A DNA stretch of 46,666 bases from Sandaracinaceae bacterium (lineage in GTDB: Bacteria; Myxococcota_A; Polyangia; Polyangiales; JADJQN01): NCBI GenBank assembly GCA_947483975.1, contig CANKOL010000001.1, positions 1-46,666 of the forward strand, written 5' to 3'. Below the pieces are notes generated by a model. It was given only the letters and a program-made list of their open reading frames with translations, had not been told where the DNA came from and did no database searches. The position numbers were made by a program, and so were the translations under genes. The number at the start of each line of letters is the position of its first letter. Position 1 is the first letter of the stretch. This document shows positions 17,401 through 24,604 of the stretch, in pieces.

Positions 17401-19904
17401 TCGAGCACCTTGACGAGCGGCGCCCACTCGCCGCGCTCCCGCAGCTTTCGGCCGAGCGCACGCAGGGCAGGGCGGTTCCCAGGCTCGACCTCCGCCGCGC
17501 GCTGATAGTGCGCGAGCGCTTCGTCGTCACGCCCGATGCGGTCCTCGCAGAGCTCGCCCATCTTCAGCAGCAGCGAGACCGCCCCAGGCCCGCGCGGCGT
17601 CACCTCGAGCTCGCGCCGGTACATGTCGAGCAGGTCTTCCCAGCGGCCCGTCCGATAGTAGATCCGCCCGAGGCTAGTCAGCGCCGGGACGTACTTCGGA
17701 TCGATCGCGATCACCTTGCGGAACCGCACGAGCGCGGCGTCGCGGTCTCCCACCGTGTCGTCGAGGACCTCGCCCGCGCGGTGCAGCAGGGCGACGATCT
17801 GCCCGGCGTCCTTGGTCTTCTCTGCCTCGATCTCGAGCGCCTCGACGAGCTCCAGCCAGCGCCCGGCGCGCTCGGTCGCCCGCTGCAGCGCGTGGATGGC
17901 GCCGAGATGATTGGCGTCGAGGCTGAGGATGCGCCGATAGGTGTGCGCGGCTTGCAGCAGCTCGCCGAGCGAATCCTCGAAGATCGTGCCGATCTTGAAG
18001 AGATAGGTGATCGCGCGCTCGGAGTCGGGCGCCCCGTCGACCGCACGGTCGTAGACCTCGATCAGCTCGCGGTGCTTGCCGAGCGCGCCGTAGATGCGCG
18101 TCAGCGCCTTGAACGACGCGGGATAGCCCGGCACGAGCCCGAGCGCGCGCGCATGGTGCTCGGCGGCGTCGTCCAGGCGCCCGAGCTGCGCCTCGAAGAT
18201 CTCCGCGACGCGCGCGTGGGCCGCGGCGCGACGGCGCGGATCATCGACGGCTTCCGCCTCGGCGAGGTGCATTCGGGCGAGCGCATCCCACGACGAGTGG
18301 CGGGTGTAGAGCTTCCCGAGCGCTTGCAGCGACGGGATGTAGGTCGGCTCGATCGCGAGCGCTTGCTCGTGAAATCGGACCGCGTCCGCGTCGACCTTCA
18401 GCCGCTCTTCGTTGAGCGTGCCGAGACGGTGGAGCAGCGCGACTCGGTCGGTCGGCGTCTCGGTCGCGCGGGCGAGCCGCGCCAGCACCACGATCAGCGC
18501 ATCCCAGCGCTCGGCGGCTTCGTAGAGCCGCGCGAGCTCCTCGAGCACGAGCAGATCGTCCGGCATCTCGGACGCCGCACGCTCGAGCGCCGACACGGCC
18601 TCGTCGCGGTTTCCGAGTCGCTCCGCGTGCAAGCGGCCGACGCGGTAGAGCGCCATCGCGCGCACGGCCTTGTCCTGGGTCTGCTCCGCCTCACGCGTGA
18701 GCACGCCGATGAGGTCGCGCCACCGTTTCTGGGAGTGATAGAGGCGCTTCAGCGCCGAGAGCGCGCCGGTCGCGAGCGGATCGAGCTTGAGCGCGGTCTC
18801 GTACAGCTCGATCGCGGCGTCCGGCTGACTCAGGCGCTGCTCGACGAGGCGAGCGCGCTGCACGACGAGGGCGGCGCGATGTCGCGGGTCTCCGGCGACC
18901 GCGTTGGCCGCGCGCTCGTACGTCCGCGCGAGCGCTGTCCACGACTCGCTCGCGAGCTCGCACTGCTCGAGCGCCTTCAGAAGCGTCGCATCGCTTCGGT
19001 CGAGCTCGAGCGCGGCCGCGTAGGCGTCGCGGGCCTCCGCTCGCATTCCCATCACGTCCTCGAGCAGGCGCCCCTTGGCATGGAGCAGGGCGGCCTTCCT
19101 GTTCGGCGCTGAGGTGACGCGCACCTCTGCGTCGAAGAGCGCCAGCGCCGCCTGATGGTTCTTGCGCGCCAGCAGGACGCGACGCGCACCCCGGATCGCC
19201 GGCACGTGGTCCGGCGCTCGGCTCAGCGCTTCCTGGTAGTGCGCGCCCGCCCTGCGAAGGTCGCCGAGCGGCGTCTCCGACAGCCGCGCGATCTCGAAGT
19301 GCAGCCTAGCCGACCGCAGGGTGTCGGGGTTGGTCGCGAGCTCCGCCTCGCACGCACGCACGAACGCGAGCACGTCCTGCGAGAACGGGTCGTCGGCGGC
19401 AGTCGAGGCCGCGTGCTCGGGCAGCGGCGGGACGCTCGCTGGCGCCTGGAGCGTACCCGCCGCGCTCGGTGTCGTCGGAGCGCTCGGCAACGCGGCGAGC
19501 GGTGAGGGCATCCCGACGCTCGTGGCCGTGCGCCCAAGCGGTGGCGCGGCGGGCGGGGCCACGAGAGCACGAGGGGGGGCGGGCGCAGACACCGCGGCGG
19601 TGGGCGTACCCACGCTCGGGACCGCCGGCCTTGGCAGCGGCACGCTCGGCTTCGGGGCCGTCCACGGGCCCGGGGCTCTCGGCGCGCTGGCCTGGGAAGG
19701 CGCGCCCGGCGTTCGTGGCGGTGGAGGCGCAACGCGAGGAGCCCCGGCGCTCAGCGGGGGCGCGGCGTTCAGCGGCGTTCCGAGGTCCTCGAGCACCACG
19801 TCCACCGTCGCATCCGCGCGGGGAGTCAGCGTCGCTTCCGAGAGGGCCAAGGTCGCTGCCGGTGTCCCAGCGACCGCGCGCTTCGACGAGTCGTCGCTCG
19901 ACAT
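14415..19904 (-). CDS. giant tetratricopeptide-repeat protein (1,829 aa)
   Basis: ATG at 19904 is preceded by GGAGG (19913..19909). The ORF-track start at 19967 lacks an SD. Pro/Ala-rich N-terminus, dozens of A..Y...AL...P TPR-like units, and about 330 aa at the C-terminus with no motif I recognise. Confidence 0.85.
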   Translation of the reverse strand: MSSDDSSKRAVAGTPAATLALSEATLTPRADATVDVVLEDLGTPLNAAPPLSAGAPRVAPPPPRTPGAPSQASAPRAPGPWTAPKPSVPLPRPAVPSVGTPTAAVSAPAPPRALVAPPAAPPLGRTATSVGMPSPLAALPSAPTTPSAAGTLQAPASVPPLPEHAASTAADDPFSQDVLAFVRACEAELATNPDTLRSARLHFEIARLSETPLGDLRRAGAHYQEALSRAPDHVPAIRGARRVLLARKNHQAALALFDAEVRVTSAPNRKAALLHAKGRLLEDVMGMRAEARDAYAAALELDRSDATLLKALEQCELASESWTALARTYERAANAVAGDPRHRAALVVQRARLVEQRLSQPDAAIELYETALKLDPLATGALSALKRLYHSQKRWRDLIGVLTREAEQTQDKAVRAMALYRVGRLHAERLGNRDEAVSALERAASEMPDDLLVLEELARLYEAAERWDALIVVLARLARATETPTDRVALLHRLGTLNEERLKVDADAVRFHEQALAIEPTYIPSLQALGKLYTRHSSWDALARMHLAEAEAVDDPRRRAAAHARVAEIFEAQLGRLDDAAEHHARALGLVPGYPASFKALTRIYGALGKHRELIEVYDRAVDGAPDSERAITYLFKIGTIFEDSLGELLQAAHTYRRILSLDANHLGAIHALQRATERAGRWLELVEALEIEAEKTKDAGQIVALLHRAGEVLDDTVGDRDAALVRFRKVIAIDPKYVPALTSLGRIYYRTGRWEDLLDMYRRELEVTPRGPGAVSLLLKMGELCEDRIGRDDEALAHYQRAAEVEPGNRPALRALGRKLRERGEWAPLVKVLEVGLDGLADPSRRALAAYRIGEVYEERLGQNERAVAMYEQALKTAPEYRPAVDGLARLRADAKAWPKLVDDLARETATAKDPALAITALVREGEVWADELREPRRAIACFEAVLEREPGHLAALLALEPLYRKTGAWESLAKVYVTEARVLTDPGARAAALRELARLEESRALGTADALRGTYETVLGLFPGDAGALTALERLALERADRVLLTVVDARLVAASDDSTVTAAHQTRMAESLDAQDDPGALAAYRAALAFDPESLGATRGLSRIAERTGDPATLAEAARREAAVSRNGEAAAHLLVRSARVRLERLGDTAGALEDLERALELYADSAEAADRLIVTLTLANDPSRLVDQLSRAATSAQTPERQAVLWMEVARIYAEVQGNLAGAIGALNRVLRSSPSHVQTLLQLARLYSRDSQWTEAANLLARVVQLAPDREVLRDAHLELATLWDERLGETQRALVSLQAVLALDDTSREALRRLAELHGREGDLERANGSAHKLLDASTEPADRASALVLIAKLERRRGDARAAARALYAGVSVEGPSGAAAADFKQHLADSGGWEHYAGALAQFLADAPANRAALPLRVQACLELAHVQDDELGLREDGIGTLRAGIAQLGEDPGLREELARRLRKSGRTDEALRELARLLVVDVGRPDTYRDLARTYEAMHRPEEARYSLQPLVVLGAAQATDLDSLKTRPPRPGQARAGSYDAEALKTIEAGARHTVAVALLATLPEAMGKLYPIDLEGYGLSTRDRIGPRTGNALRTLCDRVAGVFGVGEYDLYAHRARGRGVSIELSEPISVIVPVGLTELPEPQQVFALSRVFANIARGIATIDKLTPREVEVVLAAAARTVAPTFGQGLTSEDFLDDQSKRIGKALSRRNRKTLEELAAQYVSSPAPDFPSWARALQQTANRAALLVGDELNAGVEVLRRTEREFVGIDGATLARTSPVIADLLRFWVSEAAFAFRRHAGTIAPMPAPAGQLGNGG

Positions 19905-20000
19905 CGAGCCTCCGTTCCAGCGCAGCCGCCCAAGCGAGCGTGAGCGACGCTGGAACCTGATTAGCACGCCGCCGCGGCCCCCGGAACGCCGTTTTCGAGA

Positions 20001-20018
20001 GAAGACGAACCCGTCTTC
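20001..20018 (-). terminator. hairpin GAAGACG-aacc-CGTCTTC, 6 nt downstream of the sigma-factor stop (possible attenuator or terminator)
   Basis: Perfect 7-bp stem with a 4-nt loop. On the minus-strand RNA it is followed by UCUCGAAAA, which is not a canonical U-tract. Confidence 0.3.
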
Positions 20019-20024
20019 GGCCCG

Positions 20025-20903
20025 TCAGCCCCAGCCAGCGGCGATGGCGAGCTCCGCGACGTCGGGTCGCGCTGCGCTCAGCTGCTTCTGCAGCTTCTTC
20101 TTTGCGCGGGCCTCGAGCTGTCGGGCGCGCTCGCGGGACACTCCGAGCTCGCGTCCGATGTCCGCGAGCGACATCTCGTCCTCGCTCATGATGCGCCGCT
20201 CGACGATGTACCGCTCCCGGCGGTCGAGCCCGTCGAGCGCACCCGAGAGCAGCTCGTGGACCGCGGCGCCGCGCTCGGCGTCGAGGTACTGATCGTCCTG
20301 CGCAGGCAGGTCGCCTGCGAGCGTGTCGATCAGCGTGGCCGTCGAGTCGTTGAACGCCTGTGCGTCGAGCGAGACATCGCGCGCGTCGAGGCGCCGCGTC
20401 ATCTCCTGCATGCTTTGCTTCGAGACGTTGAACTTGGCGGCGAGGATCTCGTCGCGCTCGTCCGGGTCGTCGACGAGGTTTGCGACCTTGGCCCGCTCGC
20501 GGCGCAACCGGAAGAAGATCTTCGAGCGGAGCGGGCCCGACCCTGCGCCTACCATCGTCGACGAGCGCACGACGAGGTCGAGCATGTACGCGCGAATCCA
20601 GTACCCCGCGTAGGTGACGAAGCGGGTGCCGCGCTCGGGGTCGAACTTGTTGACCGCCATCATCAGTCCGAGGTTCCCCTCCGCGACGAGGTCCCCCACC
20701 CGAATGCCATAGCGTCGGTACTGGAGCGCCACCGCCACGACGTACCGCAGGTTCGCCTCCACCAGCTGGTGTGACGCCACGCGATCCCCTTTCTGCAGGC
20801 GAAGCGCGAGGTCGTGCTCGTCCTCGCGCGAGAGCGTCGGGATGCTGCGAACGCGAGCGATGTACCGCGAGAGCGACGGGTCGTAGGTCGTGGAAGATGC
20901 CAC
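20025..20903 (-). CDS. RNA polymerase sigma factor, RpoH-like (sigma-32 family) alternative sigma
   Basis: Region 2 DLVAEGNLGLMMAVNKFDPERGTRFVTYAGYWIRAYM. RpoH-box-like LRSKIFFRLRR. Region 4 SLADIGRELGVSRERARQLEARAKKKL. Preferred start is GTG 20903, with AAGGAG 6 nt upstream. The TTG at 20942 lies inside an AT-rich palindrome. Confidence 0.85.
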   Translation of the reverse strand: MASSTTYDPSLSRYIARVRSIPTLSREDEHDLALRLQKGDRVASHQLVEANLRYVVAVALQYRRYGIRVGDLVAEGNLGLMMAVNKFDPERGTRFVTYAGYWIRAYMLDLVVRSSTMVGAGSGPLRSKIFFRLRRERAKVANLVDDPDERDEILAAKFNVSKQSMQEMTRRLDARDVSLDAQAFNDSTATLIDTLAGDLPAQDDQYLDAERGAAVHELLSGALDGLDRRERYIVERRIMSEDEMSLADIGRELGVSRERARQLEARAKKKLQKQLSAARPDVAELAIAAGWG

Positions 20904-20924
20904 CAGGAGCTCCTTCGAGAGAAC

Positions 20925-20952
20925 CAGAGTAACGTTACGCAACGTTACTCTG
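20925..20952 (-). promoter_or_regulatory. perfect inverted repeat CAGAGTAACGTT-acgc-AACGTTACTCTG in the sigma-gene leader (candidate operator or RNA hairpin)
   Basis: 12-bp arms with no mismatch and a 4-nt spacer. Each arm carries AACGTT. Locally AT-rich in a GC-rich genome. Lies 22-49 nt upstream of the GTG start. Confidence 0.6.
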
Positions 20953-20970
20953 CGAAACCGAGAAGACCAA
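20942..20970 (-). promoter_or_regulatory. candidate sigma-70-type promoter (TTGGTC, 17 nt spacer, TAACGT) for the sigma gene
   Basis: On the minus strand the -35 is TTGGTC (20970..20965) and the -10 is TAACGT (20947..20942), inside the palindrome arm. The match to consensus is weak and there is no experimental support. Confidence 0.25.
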
Positions 20971-21176
20971 CTCAGCGCATTGCTAGACGGCCGGGCAAGG
21001 CGGCCACCTCGGCCTCTCGCCTGTTTCGGCCGCCCTTGTAGTCGTTCGAGGCCTACCGAAGGTTACAGCGCTGTCGACTGGCGATGCGGAACATGGGAGC
21101 GGGCGGCGCTTCACCAGCGCTCTCGCTCAGACGGGCCCGCGCGACCTCCTCGGAGGCCGCTCCGAGTCGCCCTCGC

Positions 21177-21500
21177 TCAGGCGCTGAAGCTCGACCCGCA
21201 GCCGCAGGTGCTCTTGGCGGTCGGGTTCGAGAACTTGAAGCCGGCGCCGTGCAGCCCCTCGACGTAGTCGATGGTCGTGTTCTCGAGGTACTGAAAGCTC
21301 ATCATGTCCACGAAGAGCTTGATGCCCTCCGACTCGAACTCCTGATCGAGCTCGGTCATCTCGTCCTCGAAGTAGAGGTCGTAGCTGAACCCAGAGCAGC
21401 CGCCGCCGATGACGCGCAGGCGCAGGCCCTGCTCGCCGAGGTTCTCGGTCTGGCGGATCTCTCGGACCTTCTCTGCTGCCTTGGTGGTGAGCGAGATCAT
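21177..21500 (-). CDS. erpA: iron-sulfur cluster insertion protein (ErpA/IscA A-type carrier)
   Basis: ATG at 21500 with AGGAG 8 nt upstream. LRLRVIGGGCSGFSYDL and C-terminal NPTAKSTCGCGSSFSA closely resemble the ErpA C-terminus. Confidence 0.9.
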   Translation of the reverse strand: MISLTTKAAEKVREIRQTENLGEQGLRLRVIGGGCSGFSYDLYFEDEMTELDQEFESEGIKLFVDMMSFQYLENTTIDYVEGLHGAGFKFSNPTAKSTCGCGSSFSA

Positions 21501-21614
21501 CGTCGTTGCTCCTTGCTGCCTAGCTCGTGTGCGGACCTGGTCGTTGTCCCAGGCACGAACCATAACGTCCGAGCGTGCTACCGACTAGGGGTACCGCTGC
21601 ACTAACGTAACGGA

Positions 21615-22415
21615 ATGAGCGGCGGCGTCAACCGCCTGAGAGACACGATGACCGACCTTCGAGGAAAGCGGGCGCTCGTCACAGGCGCTGGAACGCGCGT
21701 CGGGGCGGCGATCGCGACCGCGCTCGGGGCGCGAGGCATGCGCGTCGCGGTGCACTACCACCGCTCGCGCGGGGGGGCGGACGAGGTCTGCGCGGCGATC
21801 GAGCGGGCGGGGGGAACCGCGGAGGCGTTCGCGGCCGACCTCGCCGACCGGGACGCGGCGCGCGGCCTCGTCGACTCAGTCGTCGAGCGCTTCGGGGGGC
21901 TCGACCTGCTGGTCGCGAGCGCCGCGGGCTTCGAGCGTATCGACTGCGAGGACGTGGACGACGCCGCCTGGGACCGTACGATCGCGCTGAACCTCTCGTC
22001 CCCATTCGCGGTCGCGCACCGGGCGCGGCAGGCGCTTCGGGCCTCGCGGGGCTCGATCGTGTTCGTGACGTGCACGAGCGCGACGGTGCCCTACCGACAC
22101 TATCTCCCGTACGTGGTGTCGAAGGGCGCGCTGCAGAAGCTGATGCGCGTGCTCGCGCTCGAGCTTGCGCCCGAGGTGCGGGTGAACGCCGTCGCGCCGG
22201 GCACCGTCTTGCCGCCGCCCGACATGGAGGAGGCCATGCTCGAGCGGCTGGCGGCGCGGGCTCCGCTCGAGCGCATCGGCAGCGCGGAGGACGTCGCGGA
22301 CGCGGTCGTCTACCTTGCGGGCGCGCCGTTCGTCACGGGGCAGGAGATCGTCGTCGACGGTGGGCGCACCGTCGCGGCGGGCGGGACCGGGCGCGTCGGC
22401 GACGATCCGCTCTGA
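21615..22415 (+). CDS. SDR-family oxidoreductase, pteridine reductase/FolM-like
   Basis: Cofactor motif VTGAGTRVGAAIA (TGxxxRxG as in PTR1/FolM rather than TGxxxGIG). Catalytic YVVSK and the PG motif NAVAPG. Start is ATG 21615 or ATG 21648. Confidence 0.75.
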   Translation: MSGGVNRLRDTMTDLRGKRALVTGAGTRVGAAIATALGARGMRVAVHYHRSRGGADEVCAAIERAGGTAEAFAADLADRDAARGLVDSVVERFGGLDLLVASAAGFERIDCEDVDDAAWDRTIALNLSSPFAVAHRARQALRASRGSIVFVTCTSATVPYRHYLPYVVSKGALQKLMRVLALELAPEVRVNAVAPGTVLPPPDMEEAMLERLAARAPLERIGSAEDVADAVVYLAGAPFVTGQEIVVDGGRTVAAGGTGRVGDDPL

Positions 22416-22428
22416 CGCGCGGCGGCGC

Positions 22429-23361
22429 TCAGACGTTGGTCGTGACGAGGACGCGCGTGACCGTGGCGTCGCCGTTCTCAAGCCGCACAGGCTGCGCGGC
22501 GACGGCGTACGCGCGCTTCAGATAGGCAAACGCGAGTGCGCGCCCGGTCGCGGGGTCGATCATGGACGAGGTGACGGAGCCGACCTCGGTGCCGTCGCTG
22601 AGCGTCACGGCGCTGCCCGGCGCAGGGGCTGTTTCCGCGTCGAGCAACACGATCTTACGGACGAGTTGGCCTCGGCTCTCCAGCGTGCAGACGATCTCCT
22701 GCCCGAGATAGCAGCCCTTTCCGAACGAAAGCGCCCGCTCTCGGAGCCCCGCTTCCTGCGGATATTGCCGGTCGCCGAAGTCAGTCCCGAAGCGCGGGCG
22801 GCCGCTCCGCATCGCGGCGAGCACCCGCGCTTCGGCGTCGACGGCGGACCCGCCGAGGGCTTCGGCCGCAGCGCAGAGCGCGCGGAAGGCAGCGTCCGCG
22901 TCGGCTTGTGGGACCAGCACGTCGTAGCCTCCGGCGCCGAGGCGATCGCAGGGAAACGCCTGCGCAGAGGGGAGCGCGGCGCGCTCGACTGCCGCGTGGG
23001 CGGCTGGGCCTTGGGCGCTGAGGACCGCGACGTCGCTCAGGCGCTCGAGCTCCACGTCCTCCATGATGATGTACTTGCCGAGCTGCTCGAGCACCGCATC
23101 GACCGTGCTCGAGGGAACGACGAGCGCGAGGTCGTCGCCGCGGTCGAGGACGAACAAGTCCGTCAGGATCTTCCCGCTGAGGTGGATGATCAACGCGTAG
23201 ACGGCGTCGCCGGCGTGCGTGGCGCGCACGTCGTTCGTCAGCTGCCCGTTGAGCCAGGTGCGCCGGTCATCGCCGGAGACCCGGACGATGGCGACGTCCT
23301 CGAGGCGATAGACGCCGACGGTCGTGGCGAGCGCATCGGCCTGTGCGGAGAGCGTCGTCAT
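22429..23361 (-). CDS. ygfZ: folate-binding YgfZ/GcvT-like protein
   Basis: ATG at 23361 (MTTLSAQ..). Signature SFGKGCYLGQEIV (the KGCYxGQE motif of YgfZ). The upstream 420 aa of ORF 22429..24624 are Arg-rich and overlap the CAP-domain gene on the other strand. Confidence 0.8.
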   Translation of the reverse strand: MTTLSAQADALATTVGVYRLEDVAIVRVSGDDRRTWLNGQLTNDVRATHAGDAVYALIIHLSGKILTDLFVLDRGDDLALVVPSSTVDAVLEQLGKYIIMEDVELERLSDVAVLSAQGPAAHAAVERAALPSAQAFPCDRLGAGGYDVLVPQADADAAFRALCAAAEALGGSAVDAEARVLAAMRSGRPRFGTDFGDRQYPQEAGLRERALSFGKGCYLGQEIVCTLESRGQLVRKIVLLDAETAPAPGSAVTLSDGTEVGSVTSSMIDPATGRALAFAYLKRAYAVAAQPVRLENGDATVTRVLVTTNV

Positions 23362-23532
23362 GCGGCGGTCTCTGGGTCGATCGGTCCTCTGGTGCAAGGT
23401 GCTGTGAACCCGGCGTCGTGCGGTGGCGTGAACCTTGGTTCGCACTTTTGCGGCGCCTGGCGCGAAACGACGCCAATGCGGCATCGGCCGTCGACGGACA
23501 GATGGCCTGCCGCTTGCTACCTTGGCGAGACC

Positions 23533-24546
23533 ATGCCCGTCGTCCGACGCCTCGCTCCGGTCTTCCTCGGTGGGTTCGCGCTGGCCGCGGTGCTCGGGTT
23601 CACGCTCGCCCCGGTGGTATCCGCCCAGGACGACGCCGCGGGCCTCGAGCAGATGCTCACGCGGATCAACCAGATGCGGTCTGCGGCGGGCGTCGGGACG
23701 CTCGCCCGCGACGCACGCCTCGACGCGGCTGCCCAAGTGCACAGCGCGGACATGGCCGCCAACGACCTGCTCGCGCACGTCTCGCCGCGCACCGGCGACC
23801 CGAACGCCCGCGTCGCGGCGGTGGGTATCACAGGCGCGCAGATCGCCGAGAACATCGCGCTCAACGCGGACGTGCTCGCAGCGCACGGCGCGTTGGTCGG
23901 AAGCGAGGCGCATCGCGCCAACCTCATGAATCCCGCGCTCACTCACATTGGGCTCGCGGCGGCGCGCTCGGCTCGTGGCGTGTACGTCACGCAGGTCTTC
24001 GCGACGCTCGTCGACGCCAGCGCCGCGCAGGCCGTGGCACCTCCTCCGCCGGTCGTCGCGCCGCCCCCGACGGCGTTGCCGGCGCCGGTGCCCGCGCCCG
24101 TCGAGGTGGCGCCCGACGCCGCAGGGGTTGCAGTGGCCGTTCCCCTGCCGAGCGAGGCCGTCGCGCTGCCGCAGGTGACTGCCCCGGTGACGCCGGGCGC
24201 GCGTCGCGTCGCGGGCTATTGGGTCTTCAGCCAGGGCCGCTGGTGGTACTACCCGCTCCCCGCAGACGCGCGTCCTGGGCAGGCGCTGCAGGCGGCATCG
24301 CTCCCGCCTGGCGCAGCACCTCCGGGCTACAGCCAGCAGGGCACGGGCGCTCCGCTCCCTGTCTACTCGGCGCCCGTCTACGCCCCGAGGACGTGGGTCC
24401 AGCAGCGTGTCTACGCGCCGCCCCCCGCGGCGTACTATCCGCCGGCGGGCGGGGCGGTCTACTACGCTCCAGGGACCTTCGCGTCGCCGCCCCCGCCGTT
24501 TGGCGGTTGGAGCCCGCGTCGTCGCGGCGGTCACTGGCGGCATTGA
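23533..24546 (+). CDS. secreted CAP/SCP (PR-1-like) domain protein with a Pro/Tyr-rich C-terminus
   Basis: ATG at 23533. Signal peptide ..LAPVVSA-QDD. CAP motifs LARDARLDAAAQVHSADMAANDLLAHV, GENIA-like AENIAL, SEAHRANLMNP and THIGLA. Confidence 0.8.
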   Translation: MPVVRRLAPVFLGGFALAAVLGFTLAPVVSAQDDAAGLEQMLTRINQMRSAAGVGTLARDARLDAAAQVHSADMAANDLLAHVSPRTGDPNARVAAVGITGAQIAENIALNADVLAAHGALVGSEAHRANLMNPALTHIGLAAARSARGVYVTQVFATLVDASAAQAVAPPPPVVAPPPTALPAPVPAPVEVAPDAAGVAVAVPLPSEAVALPQVTAPVTPGARRVAGYWVFSQGRWWYYPLPADARPGQALQAASLPPGAAPPGYSQQGTGAPLPVYSAPVYAPRTWVQQRVYAPPPAAYYPPAGGAVYYAPGTFASPPPPFGGWSPRRRGGHWRH

Positions 24547-24604
24547 CCGTGAGAGGTTCGCGCTCGGCACCGCGACGGGCCGGGTGGGATATCCTCGGCG
24601 GTAG

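Noticed and set aside
14805-19112. Plus-strand ORFs 14805..16412 (535 aa) and 16704..19112 (802 aa) opposite the giant TPR gene
   Set aside because: Their Arg/Glu/Leu-rich composition mirrors the TPR codons. There is no SD or motif, while the TPR frame has a GGAGG SD and a periodic repeat signature.
20904-20915. 10-bp palindrome AGGAGCTCCT overlapping the sigma-gene SD as a regulatory element
   Set aside because: It cannot form an intramolecular hairpin because there is no loop. It is most simply an SD followed by its chance complement.
20904-20942. TTG at 20942 as the sigma-factor start (the ORF-track start)
   Set aside because: It would translate through the AT-rich palindrome and lacks an SD. 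GTG 20903 has AAGGAG at optimal spacing. This call is not certain, so it is noted under the feature.
21148-21165. Hairpin CTCGGAG-gccg-CTCCGAG after the erpA stop as an intrinsic terminator
   Set aside because: The stem is perfect, but no U-tract follows on the minus-strand transcript. GC-rich hairpins of this size occur by chance at this base composition, so the evidence is too weak to call.
22315-23532. N-terminal 406 aa of ORF 22315..24546, and the 5' 420 aa of ORF 22429..24624
   Set aside because: Each long ORF is real only in the part carrying recognisable domains (CAP domain from ATG 23533, YgfZ from ATG 23361). The extensions overlap the other gene and are Arg-rich.
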